Of a stretch of 32,000 bases of DNA, positions 8,921 through 17,705 are shown piece by piece. The stretch is from Candidatus Electronema halotolerans (GTDB taxonomy: Bacteria > Desulfobacterota > Desulfobulbia > Desulfobulbales > Desulfobulbaceae). A program made the translations under genes and the position numbers. Location of the stretch: positions 240,001 through 272,000 of the forward strand of contig OW818675.1 in assembly GCA_942493095.1 (NCBI GenBank). The letters run 5' to 3'. The notes below the pieces were generated by a model. The model searched no databases. It was not told where the DNA came from and worked only from the letters and a program-made list of their open reading frames with translations. Every line of letters begins with the position of its first letter. The stretch's first letter is position 1.

Positions 8921-9831
8921 AGCTAATAAGATTGCAAGGAATCATACCTTGGGTGCATCATTATTATTGGTCGCATCCATTCTTTATTTTTCAGCAGATG
9001 ATCAACGAACGGCTAAAAAATATTGTTCAACTTGATTACGCTGGTGACAGCAGTTTTGTTCCTATTTTTGATCAATTTGATGCAGTCGAATCAGGTGCCG
9101 CAGATGTTGCCTTGGGTATTTCTTCCTATTACACGCACAGAATTCCTGAAGCAATGTGCGTCTTATATAGTCATCACTCTCCTGCTCAATTACGAACAAA
9201 TGGATTCTATGAGTATTTTCGTGAACTGCATCTGCGGAAGGGAAACGTTGTTTATCTCGCAAACACAGGTGGTGTCTGTAAAACTGCATTCCGACTTTTT
9301 TTCAATAAAAAAATAGCTGATTGTGATTCTGTCAAAGGACTCCGCGTCCGAACGCTACCGGTTTATGTTTCCTTAGTCAAAGCATTGGGCGGAATTCCTG
9401 TCAGCATTAAACCGACTGATCTTCTGGCCGCTTTGAAAAAGAACGAAATAGATGGTTATGGTTGGTCATACGGCGGCATTGCAAGTTATGGCTGGGAAAA
9501 TCTGACCAAATATGTGCTGGAGCATTCTTTTTATTCAGCTAACACCTGTTTGCTGATCAATAAAAGCAAGTGGGACTCTTTTCCTGCTGAAGTGCGGATA
9601 GAACTTGAACAGATTGGTTGTGATTTGGAACTGGAAGCAGAACGGGCAATGCGCGCATACAATAAAAATGAGGATGTTTTTCTCAAAGGATTGAATATAG
9701 ACTTTCTCTCCTTTTCTGATGAGGAGAAGCAACGTTTTATCAAAACAGCTTATGATGCAGGATGGTCAAGCCTGTCAGTTCAGGATGATGATGAGCTGAA
9801 TAAGCTGCAACTTTATTTAACAGGAGGATGA
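8917..9831 (+). CDS. DctP-like (TRAP-type) solute-binding protein without a recognisable signal peptide
   Basis: FDAVESGAADVALG, FFNKKIADCDSVKGLRVRT, ALGGIPVSIKPTDLLAALKKNEIDGYGW and LLINKSKWDSFPAEVR resemble the DctP family. A likely GTG start at 8917 overlaps the VOC stop codon (GTGA). The N-terminus VKLIRLQGIIPWVHHYYWSH goes straight into the mature fold. Confidence 0.75.
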   Translation: MKLIRLQGIIPWVHHYYWSHPFFIFQQMINERLKNIVQLDYAGDSSFVPIFDQFDAVESGAADVALGISSYYTHRIPEAMCVLYSHHSPAQLRTNGFYEYFRELHLRKGNVVYLANTGGVCKTAFRLFFNKKIADCDSVKGLRVRTLPVYVSLVKALGGIPVSIKPTDLLAALKKNEIDGYGWSYGGIASYGWENLTKYVLEHSFYSANTCLLINKSKWDSFPAEVRIELEQIGCDLELEAERAMRAYNKNEDVFLKGLNIDFLSFSDEEKQRFIKTAYDAGWSSLSVQDDDELNKLQLYLTGG

Positions 9832-10565
9832 AAATGAGTGACATCAAGGAATTCAAAGGCAACGAGCGTAATCAGTATCATGGCATGTCTGAATATTATG
9901 ATGAGGCAATGATGGCTGGTTACTATGACTATAAGTCAACGGCAGAATCCTTGGCTGATTTAATCAAGGACGGCGCAAAGGTTCTCGAAATAGGTGTTGG
10001 CACAGGTCTATTTTTGGACCATCTTTGTAAGTTGAGACCGAATTGCACCTATTATGGAGTTGATCATACAGATGCTATGATCAACAAGGCATTGGAAAAC
10101 GTAAATACTAATAAGTATCAAATACATCTGCTAAAACGTGATGTAATCAAGATGGAGTTCGAGAGAAAGTTCGATGTAATCTTTTCTCATGGTGGTGTGT
10201 GGGTCTTCTTGGAGGAAGTTCTCCTTAGTCATATTTTTGATGACGATAAAAATCGTCAAGGGCTAAAAAATATCAGACACCATTTGAAGAATGACGGGAA
10301 ATTCGTCATTAACATTCAGCCTAATCACTCAAACTCTGACACACCTATGGACAATGGCGTTGTGTTCAAGCAAAGAGTTCAAGAGGAAGAAAACTTTTCT
10401 TATAAGGATTATTGGTTTGAAAAGGATGGCAAAAAGCTGTCTGAGCAAAGATGCACGTATCGTCTATGGAGAAATGAGCAAATTGACAAAGTTCTGCGAG
10501 AATGCGGATTTAAAAAGACAGAAGTGACATCTGATGGCAAATTCCGTATTCTCACTCCATTATAA
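9828..10565 (+). CDS. Class I SAM-dependent methyltransferase
   Basis: VLEIGVGTGLFLDHLCKLRPNCTYYGVDHTDAMINKAL (motif I/II), FDVIFSHGGVWVF, IRHHLKNDGKFVINIQP. The start overlaps the preceding stop. Confidence 0.85.
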   Translation: MKMSDIKEFKGNERNQYHGMSEYYDEAMMAGYYDYKSTAESLADLIKDGAKVLEIGVGTGLFLDHLCKLRPNCTYYGVDHTDAMINKALENVNTNKYQIHLLKRDVIKMEFERKFDVIFSHGGVWVFLEEVLLSHIFDDDKNRQGLKNIRHHLKNDGKFVINIQPNHSNSDTPMDNGVVFKQRVQEEENFSYKDYWFEKDGKKLSEQRCTYRLWRNEQIDKVLRECGFKKTEVTSDGKFRILTPL

Positions 10566-10606
10566 TCGTCATTATTATTGAACCAGCAGTTTTTTTCAGT
10601 GAATCT

Positions 10607-10651
10607 AATCTCTGTTCAGGAGGAGCAGAGATTGTCGGCTGGTTGATCACT
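10607..10651 (+). promoter_or_regulatory. Candidate leader hairpins upstream of metK
   Basis: Perfect 8-bp inverted repeat AATCTCTG (10607-10614) / CAGAGATT (10626-10633) with an AGGAGG-containing loop. It is followed by TGGTT...AACCA, a short stem. Confidence 0.35.
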
Positions 10652-10674
10652 AACCATTACGGAGCATTATTCCT

Positions 10675-11838
10675 ATGTCGCGTCACCTTTTCACCTCGGA
10701 ATCTGTATCTGAAGGCCATCCTGACAAGGTGGCTGACCAGATTTCCGATGCCATCCTTGATGCCATCTTGACGCAGGACAAGCACGCCCGCGTCGGCTGC
10801 GAAAGCCTTGTCACCACCGGCTTGGCCATGATTGCCGGCGAGATCACCACCACGGCCTGGGTTGACATGCCGGACATTGTCCGCCAGACCATCAAGGAAA
10901 TCGGCTACAACTCCTCGGACATGGGCTTTGACTGGCAGTCCTGCGCAGTCATGACCACCATTGACAAGCAGTCGCCGGACATTGCCCAAGGCGTGAACGA
11001 GGGCACTGGTCTTGATTTGGATCAGGGCGCAGGCGATCAGGGCCTGATGTTCGGCTATGCCTGCGATGAAACCAGCGTCCTCATGCCTATGCCCATCACC
11101 TACGCGCACCGACTGGTGCAGCGGCAGGCTGAGGTGCGCAAAAACGGCACCCTGCCGTGGCTGCGTCCTGATGCCAAGAGTCAGGTCACGGTGGAGTATG
11201 AGGACAAGCAGCCCAAGCGCATTGAGGCTGTGGTTCTGTCCAGCCAGCACAGCCCGGATGTTTCCTATGATGACCTCAAGGAAGGCATCATGGAAGAGAT
11301 CATCAAAAAAATTCTGCCTGCTGATCTCATTGATGCCAAGACCAAGTATTTCATCAATCCGACAGGCCGCTTTGTCATTGGCGGGCCAGTAGGCGACTGC
11401 GGCGTGACTGGCCGCAAGATCATTGTTGACTCTTACGGCGGACGCGGCTCGCACGGCGGCGGAGCCTTCTCTGGCAAGGATCCGTCCAAGGTTGACCGCT
11501 CCTCTTCCTACATGGGCCGTTATGTGGCCAAGAACATTGTCGCCGCAGGCTTGGCCTCTGAGGCGGAAGTGCAGGTGGCCTATGCCATCGGTATCTCCCG
11601 ACCAGTCTCAATCCGGGTCAACACCTTTGGCACTGGCAAGGTCTCGGAGGAGCGGCTGACCGAGTTAGTCAGCCAGATATTTGACCTGCGGCCCAAGGCC
11701 ATCATCCAGCAGCTTGACCTGCTCCGGCCCATCTATCATCAGACTGCCGCCTACGGTCACTTTGGCCGCGAGCTGCCCGACTTCACTTGGGAGCGCACCG
11801 ACAAGGCCGAGGAATTGAAGGCTGCGGCAGGCATCTGA
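10675..11838 (+). CDS. metK: S-adenosylmethionine synthetase
   Basis: [81 protein letters not shown]. Confidence 0.98.
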   Translation: MSRHLFTSESVSEGHPDKVADQISDAILDAILTQDKHARVGCESLVTTGLAMIAGEITTTAWVDMPDIVRQTIKEIGYNSSDMGFDWQSCAVMTTIDKQSPDIAQGVNEGTGLDLDQGAGDQGLMFGYACDETSVLMPMPITYAHRLVQRQAEVRKNGTLPWLRPDAKSQVTVEYEDKQPKRIEAVVLSSQHSPDVSYDDLKEGIMEEIIKKILPADLIDAKTKYFINPTGRFVIGGPVGDCGVTGRKIIVDSYGGRGSHGGGAFSGKDPSKVDRSSSYMGRYVAKNIVAAGLASEAEVQVAYAIGISRPVSIRVNTFGTGKVSEERLTELVSQIFDLRPKAIIQQLDLLRPIYHQTAAYGHFGRELPDFTWERTDKAEELKAAAGI

Positions 11839-11847
11839 CATCTTTTC

Positions 11848-11875
11848 GTAGGGGCGATTCATGAATCGCCTCTAC
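11848..11875. repeat. 28-bp near-perfect palindrome GTAGGGGCGATTCATGAATCGCCTCTAC
   Basis: Self-complementary except for one position. Confidence 0.9.
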
Positions 11876-11890
11876 AAATATTGCAACCCT

Positions 11891-11918
11891 GTAGGGGCGA
11901 AAAATTTTTCGCCCCTAC
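11891..11918. repeat. 28-bp perfect palindrome GTAGGGGCGAAAAATTTTTCGCCCCTAC
   Basis: Identical to its own reverse complement. It shares the GTAGGGGCGA arm with the element at 11848. Confidence 0.95.
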
Positions 11919-11943
11919 GTTATGTTTATTCAGGAGCAAATCT

Positions 11944-13230
<1,287 letters not shown>

Positions 13231-13344
13231 TTCTGCTGATCAACTGACAAGCGGACATGGGAGGCTTGCTCTTCCCATGTTTCCGCATGCACTATGGACG
13301 GGCAGCCTGCCATGCTGCAAACAGCCGCAGTCAACCCTTACTGA

Positions 13345-13713
13345 GTGACAGCAATGCGTCGTCTTCTGAATCTGATCAGCACTTGGTGGCTGCCCTGCAC
13401 CGCAGTCACGCTGGCAGTCATCCTTGTCCTCTCGCTCCGTCCATCATTGTCCCTGCCTGATGTGCCGGGCAAAGACAAAACCCTGCACCTGCTCGCCTAT
13501 ACCGCGCTCATCTTCCCAGCCGGCCTGCGCCATCCAAGGCTGCTTCCGGCGATTTTTCTTTTCTTCATCTTCTGCGGCGGCATGATTGAACTGATTCAGC
13601 CCTATGTGGGCCGCTCCTGCGAAGGGCTGGACTGGGCCGCCGACACCCTCGGCCTTGCCTGCGGCCTGCTGCTGACTGAGATGCTCCGCCGTCTGAATGT
13701 CTGCAACGCCTGA
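13345..13713 (+). CDS. VanZ-like family membrane protein
   Basis: DKTLHLLAYTALIFPAGL...GGMIELIQPYVGRSCEGLDWAADTLGLACGLLL. Confidence 0.8.
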   Translation: MTAMRRLLNLISTWWLPCTAVTLAVILVLSLRPSLSLPDVPGKDKTLHLLAYTALIFPAGLRHPRLLPAIFLFFIFCGGMIELIQPYVGRSCEGLDWAADTLGLACGLLLTEMLRRLNVCNA

Positions 13714-13821
13714 ACCGGAATTTGTTTCAGACCGCCGCACGCCTGCTGCCGTTGCCGGGCATCGAGTATCCCCCGGATAAAACGATTACCGATGAATAGT
13801 TTGCCCCATTAGCGATGAATT

Positions 13822-13962
13822 GGCAGGGCTGTTTGTCAAGCGGCAAGGTGGAACGTATGTTCGAGAAATTCTGAAACGCAGGATCGAGTTTTGCGGGGAT
13901 GGGTGTTCGGAGAAAGGAGAGATTCAACGTGGGCAAACGATAAAGATGTTTGCCCAGCCTAC
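13822..13962. repeat. Copy A of an imperfect ~135-140 bp repeat element
   Basis: Head GGCAGGGCTGTTTGTCAAG...CGGCAAGGTGGAACG. Tail GAGATTCAACGTGGGCAAACGATAAAGATGTTTGCCCAGCCTA contains a perfect 8-bp hairpin GGGCAAAC/GTTTGCCC. Confidence 0.8.
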
Positions 13963-13984
13963 GTGCTACGTGCTTTTCGCAAAA

Positions 13985-14084
13985 GTACTACCGTACTTTA
14001 ACCTGAACTACGGTAGTACTTTGATCCAAACTACGGTAGTACTTTTACCTGAACTACGGTCGTTGTTTTATCCAAATTACGGCA
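13985..14084. repeat. 23-bp tandem repeat, about four units
   Basis: Units CTACGGTAGTACTTTGATCCAAA / CTACGGTAGTACTTTTACCTGAA / CTACGGTCGTTGTTTTATCCAAA at 14008, 14031 and 14054. A diverged or inverted-headed unit precedes them at 13985. Confidence 0.85.
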
Positions 14085-14126
14085 ACGCGGAAACCCGGCC
14101 TACGGGCTGTTTGCCGACATAAGCAG

Positions 14127-14260
14127 GGCAGGGCTGTTTGTCAAGAAGAGAGGCGGCAAGGTAGGACGCAGGTTCGGATTGTTCCGGGATAAACGGTCGG
14201 GGGAAGGGGAGATTCAGCGTGGGCGCGGGCAAACGATAAAGCTATTTGCCCAGCCTATGG
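14127..14260. repeat. Copy B of the repeat element at 13822
   Basis: Head GGCAGGGCTGTTTGTCAAG...GGCGGCAAGGTAGGACG. Tail GAGATTCAGCGTGGGCGCGGGCAAACGATAAAGCTATTTGCCCAGCCTA with hairpin GGGCAAA/TTTGCCC. Confidence 0.8.
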
Positions 14261-14283
14261 TGGTTTGCAAATCGACCTGATGT

Positions 14284-14559
14284 CTAGTTTCCTTTTAGCA
14301 CCTGCATAAATGGACAAAGGTTCCAGTCAAATCTTGCGTTAGATATTATGCCGGAACTATAAGTTTTCTTCACGCCACACTTCTCAATCCCTGTACAACT
14401 CTCAAGAGTCTTGCGTGTATTCGTTGCGATTATTTGTCCTATGGTATCAGCCTGCACACTTTGCGCTCTGATTATCGAATGCTTTATCTTCATAGTTTCC
14501 ATTCGGTTAGTGACAGGGCAGTGATACTCTTCTGAGGTGAATCGTATTTCTGGAGTCAT
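14284..14559 (-). CDS. Hypothetical small protein (91 aa)
   Basis: ORF MTPEIRFTSEEYHCPVTNRMETMK... with a purine-rich Shine-Dalgarno candidate (GAGAGGGGATAAGA-ATG). No family recognised. Confidence 0.4.
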   Translation of the reverse strand: MTPEIRFTSEEYHCPVTNRMETMKIKHSIIRAQSVQADTIGQIIATNTRKTLESCTGIEKCGVKKTYSSGIISNARFDWNLCPFMQVLKGN

Positions 14560-14685
14560 TCTTATCCCCTCTCGTTATAACTGATTACAACTTAACTAAT
14601 TAACTTGATTGCTATCAAGTAAAGCAAACAAATGGCGTTATCGTTTGCTCACGTGATTCCTCTTGCGATTCCAGCCGCAGCTCTT

Positions 14686-14928
14686 TCACTGCGGCCGACT
14701 CACACATTCATACTTCCTTCTGATATCCCTACTCTTCTTGCCGCCAGTAACCTTGATCACTTGCCCGGTATCGCAACGGCCATCGTTCTCCACATACACA
14801 ATCTGATTATAGGACAGAGAGCCGTTTGCAGGCATTGCTTGCAGCACCTTGTTCTGCCCTCCATGCTGACAGCCTGCAAGGAACAGAATGCTGGCAAGAA
14901 GCACCGCTGCATTGAGTAAAGACTTCAT
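14686..14928 (-). CDS. Small putative lipoprotein (80 aa)
   Basis: MKSLLNAAVLLASILFLAGCQHGG (signal peptide plus LAGC lipobox), then ...MPANGSLSYNQIVYVENDGRCDTGQVIKVTGGKKSRDIRRKYECVSRPQ. SD AAGGAAA precedes ATG 14928. The ORF-track start at 15234 is a spurious extension antisense-frame into the radical SAM gene. Confidence 0.75.
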   Translation of the reverse strand: MKSLLNAAVLLASILFLAGCQHGGQNKVLQAMPANGSLSYNQIVYVENDGRCDTGQVIKVTGGKKSRDIRRKYECVSRPQ

Positions 14929-14944
14929 GATGTTTCCTTTCGTG

Positions 14945-16804
14945 TCAATTGTTGTGCCAATAGAATTCAATGTTCTGAAAGGGCAGGTTGATCGCCTGAA
15001 TATGATAAAAGGCGTTCTTGCGGTGCTTGCTGTAATGATATTCCCGCAAGGCCTTGGTGGTGATGAACAGATTGTTGCGCACTCCCTCCAAATAGAACTG
15101 GGCATGACTGAGCAGCAGCCCTGAGATGTCGAGCAGGGCATAGTTGCCTTCCTGCTTGGCCGCCGCAAAGAAGGAGTTCTTGTAGAGCGAATAGTCGAAA
15201 ATATGCTCCTGCTTGCTGCGCTGCTCGTCGCCATAGACCACGGTCGTGTCGCGCAAGAGCATCAGATGCAGGTAATTGTTCACTTCGTCCTCGCAGGCCA
15301 AACGGAACGCATCCTCCCGCACACCCAGCAGCACGGTGCTCTGCTTGTCCAGCACCTCAATGTCCATTGCATTCTTGAGAATGGCTGAATGCAGGCGGTA
15401 TTCCACCCCGTTGACCCGAAGAAAGAACAGCTCGTTGCTGTACAGCGCCTGCAATGCCGCATCACGCTGGATGATTTCGGTTAAACGGTTGGCATCGGCA
15501 AACAGCTCCGGGCTGATCACCCGCTCCTTTTCCGTATAGGTCTGTTGCAGCTTCTTCAGGTTGTTATTGAGGAAAAAACGCTGGCTATATGCGGCAATCT
15601 TGTCTGCAGGCAAGGGCGGCCAGCGGTCAGGCGCATCCTGATAGAGCTGCTTTTGCAGCAGGCAGGTGTAGCTCTTCTTCAGGCCTGTCTCGTGCCGGAC
15701 AAAGGTGCAGCCAAGGTTGCAGTGCGGCAGCCACGGGCAGCGGGCGCAGTCGTCGTCCATGTCGAGCAGGTTCTCGTTGCGCTCAATCACGTTCCAGCCA
15801 TTGCTGACCACTGCTTCCACGCCGTCCGTGAAGATGTTGCCGTAGCGGTACTCTGGCGAGGACTGGCCGCGTGGACAGGAGAAGACCTCGCCGTCAAACT
15901 GGAGGAGGAAGAATTTGCCGCCGCAGTTGATTGCGGAGCAGCAGTATTCCGGGGTGAATTCCTTGAACCACTCAGTGCGGCAGGCGTGTTCCAGCGGGCT
16001 GCCGAGGAAAGCGCGTTTCACCGCCTGATAGAACTGCACCTGTTCCGTATCCGTGAGCATGGCCGCGCCCTCGTCCTGCGCGCTGAACGTGCTCCTGTTC
16101 TTGATTGAGTCAAAGCCAAACATGACATTGAAGCGGCTCATGTCCAAACCGATCTCATAATGCAGGTGCTTGATTTCGGCAATAAATTCATCTGCCGCAG
16201 CTAAGTGGGCGCGAGTGACCACGCAGGAAATCTTCTTGTTGTGCGGGTAGGCGGCCAGCAGCTTGAGGTTTTCCCTGATCCGGGCCAAGGTGCTGCGGCC
16301 CTGCTTGTCGCGGCGGAACTGCTCGTGCAGGCGCAAGGGCAAATCCACGCTGCCGCTGATCGAAACCCGATGCTTGACAAAGACTTCCCAGTGCCGCTGC
16401 ACATCAAGGAGATTGGTTTTGATATGCGGCGGACTGACCCGGAAGCCCTGCGCCTTAATCTCCTCGCCATAGGTCGCGTAATGGCGGGCGGCAATGCTGA
16501 ACAGGCCGTCAAGCAGCTTGGTCGGCAGGGTGGTGACTTCGCCGCCGTGAAAGGAGAGATTGAACGGCAGATAGCCGTGCGCTAAGAGCTGTTCCAAGGC
16601 GGTGTTGAGGGTGCCGAGCACTTTGTCCGGCTCCGGCCTGGCAGCGGTCAAGTCGCCCAAGTAGCAGTAGCGGCAGCTCATGTTGCAGAACTTGGTCGGC
16701 ACATAGAGCAGATGGATGGCTTTCTTGAACGGCATTGCAGGCTGATCCGCCTGTGCTTGCTCTGCGTTGTGAACTGCGGCGTGTTTTGTGACTGTCATCT
16801 GCAA
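14945..16804 (-). CDS. Radical SAM/SPASM-domain protein
   Basis: FCNMSCRYCYLGDL (CxxxCxxC cluster motif), NLSFHGGEVT, SPASM-like CCSAINCGGKFFLLQFDGEVFSCPRG...CARCPWLPHCNLGC...YTCLL, plus a C-terminal extension of about 190 aa. The start is uncertain (TTG 16804, ATG 16798 or ATG 16735). Confidence 0.85.
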   Translation of the reverse strand: MQMTVTKHAAVHNAEQAQADQPAMPFKKAIHLLYVPTKFCNMSCRYCYLGDLTAARPEPDKVLGTLNTALEQLLAHGYLPFNLSFHGGEVTTLPTKLLDGLFSIAARHYATYGEEIKAQGFRVSPPHIKTNLLDVQRHWEVFVKHRVSISGSVDLPLRLHEQFRRDKQGRSTLARIRENLKLLAAYPHNKKISCVVTRAHLAAADEFIAEIKHLHYEIGLDMSRFNVMFGFDSIKNRSTFSAQDEGAAMLTDTEQVQFYQAVKRAFLGSPLEHACRTEWFKEFTPEYCCSAINCGGKFFLLQFDGEVFSCPRGQSSPEYRYGNIFTDGVEAVVSNGWNVIERNENLLDMDDDCARCPWLPHCNLGCTFVRHETGLKKSYTCLLQKQLYQDAPDRWPPLPADKIAAYSQRFFLNNNLKKLQQTYTEKERVISPELFADANRLTEIIQRDAALQALYSNELFFLRVNGVEYRLHSAILKNAMDIEVLDKQSTVLLGVREDAFRLACEDEVNNYLHLMLLRDTTVVYGDEQRSKQEHIFDYSLYKNSFFAAAKQEGNYALLDISGLLLSHAQFYLEGVRNNLFITTKALREYHYSKHRKNAFYHIQAINLPFQNIEFYWHNN

Positions 16805-16814
16805 GGGCGAGGTT

Positions 16815-16934
16815 TCAGCTCAGGCAGGTGCCGGATGGCGGGCAATGATCAGTTCCCGTATTCTTTCTTTGCTTGTTCAAAAAGCATGGGTTGAAACATT
16901 GCTTGTTCAGGGGAATACTTACTTCCTGTCTCAT
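16815..16934 (-). other. Possible 39-aa Cys-containing peptide ORF immediately upstream of the radical SAM gene
   Basis: Hand translation of the minus strand: MRQEVSIPLNKQCFNPCFLNKQRKNTGTDHCPPSGTCLS*. No convincing ribosome binding site. Confidence 0.2.
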
Positions 16935-17025
16935 GGTCAAGTCGTTCAAGCGCACCTGCGTGGAACTCTTGGATGACCTCGAAACCAATAAAATGGCGTT
17001 TCAACTGTTTGCAGCCAGAGCACCA

Positions 17026-17589
17026 TCATTGCCCGCCGTCCTCCTCGGCCAGAAAAACCCGGCGCAGCCTGTAGAAGTAGTCAAAACCGGACCAGAGGGT
17101 CAGAATCAGGGCAATATAAACAAGGAACATGCCGATTTGATGCAGCTGCGGGATCGGCAGCACGCCGAGCGGGAAAATCAAGGTGCCAAGACCGACATAC
17201 TGGGCGATTGACTTGAGCTTGCCCAAGTTGCTGGCCGCGACCACCACTCCGGCGGCAGAGGCAATGCCGCGCAGGCCGGTCACCATCATCTCGCGGGAGA
17301 GAATCAGCAGGGCGACCCAAGCTGGCAGCCGGTTGAGCGGAATCAGCATGATCAGGGCCGTGGTCACCAAGAGCTTGTCCGCCAGCGGATCGAGCAGCTT
17401 GCCCAAGGTGCTGACCACGCCGTAACGGCGGGCCACATAGCCATCAATTATGTCGGTGACTGCGGCGATTGTGAAGAGGACGCAGCAGAAGACCGCCAGC
17501 GGCCTGCTTTGCTCCAGCATGAGGAGCACGGCCAGCAGGGCGGTCAGGATCAGCCGGGCGGCTGTGATCAGATTCGGCAGATGCTTCAT
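17026..17589 (-). CDS. pgsA: CDP-diacylglycerol--glycerol-3-phosphate 3-phosphatidyltransferase
   Basis: MKHLPNLITAARLILTALLAVLL...VTDIIDGYVARRYGVVSTLGKLLDPLADKLL (CDP-alcohol phosphatidyltransferase motif). The start at MKHLPN is preferred over the ORF-track start at 17649. Confidence 0.92.
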   Translation of the reverse strand: MKHLPNLITAARLILTALLAVLLMLEQSRPLAVFCCVLFTIAAVTDIIDGYVARRYGVVSTLGKLLDPLADKLLVTTALIMLIPLNRLPAWVALLILSREMMVTGLRGIASAAGVVVAASNLGKLKSIAQYVGLGTLIFPLGVLPIPQLHQIGMFLVYIALILTLWSGFDYFYRLRRVFLAEEDGGQ

Positions 17590-17705
17590 GATGCGCGTGG
17601 GGCTTTGTTCAAGATAATCTTGAGAACAATGTACCGCGTTTCGCCGCATGATGCTGTTGCTTTGTGCAGACAGCAGCTTTTTTGCAGATGCTGTCTTGCG
17701 GAGCG

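Noticed and set aside
11848-11943. SAH riboswitch upstream of ahcY
   Set aside because: The leader is dominated by the two 28-bp palindromes and I could not see the SAH riboswitch conserved core. Only an Infernal scan would settle this.
13985-14084. CRISPR array
   Set aside because: The 23-bp units are directly adjacent with no unique spacers, and no cas genes are present in the window.
14686-15234. Long 182-aa ORF-track version of the small lipoprotein
   Set aside because: The first ~100 residues are low-complexity sequence overlapping the radical SAM gene in another frame. The internal Met at 14928 with SD and lipobox is clearly the real start.
15545-16108. 187-aa plus-strand ORF and similar long ORFs antisense to the radical SAM gene
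   Set aside because: Fully antisense to a well-supported CDS, low-complexity composition, no recognisable domain. A by-product of high GC content.
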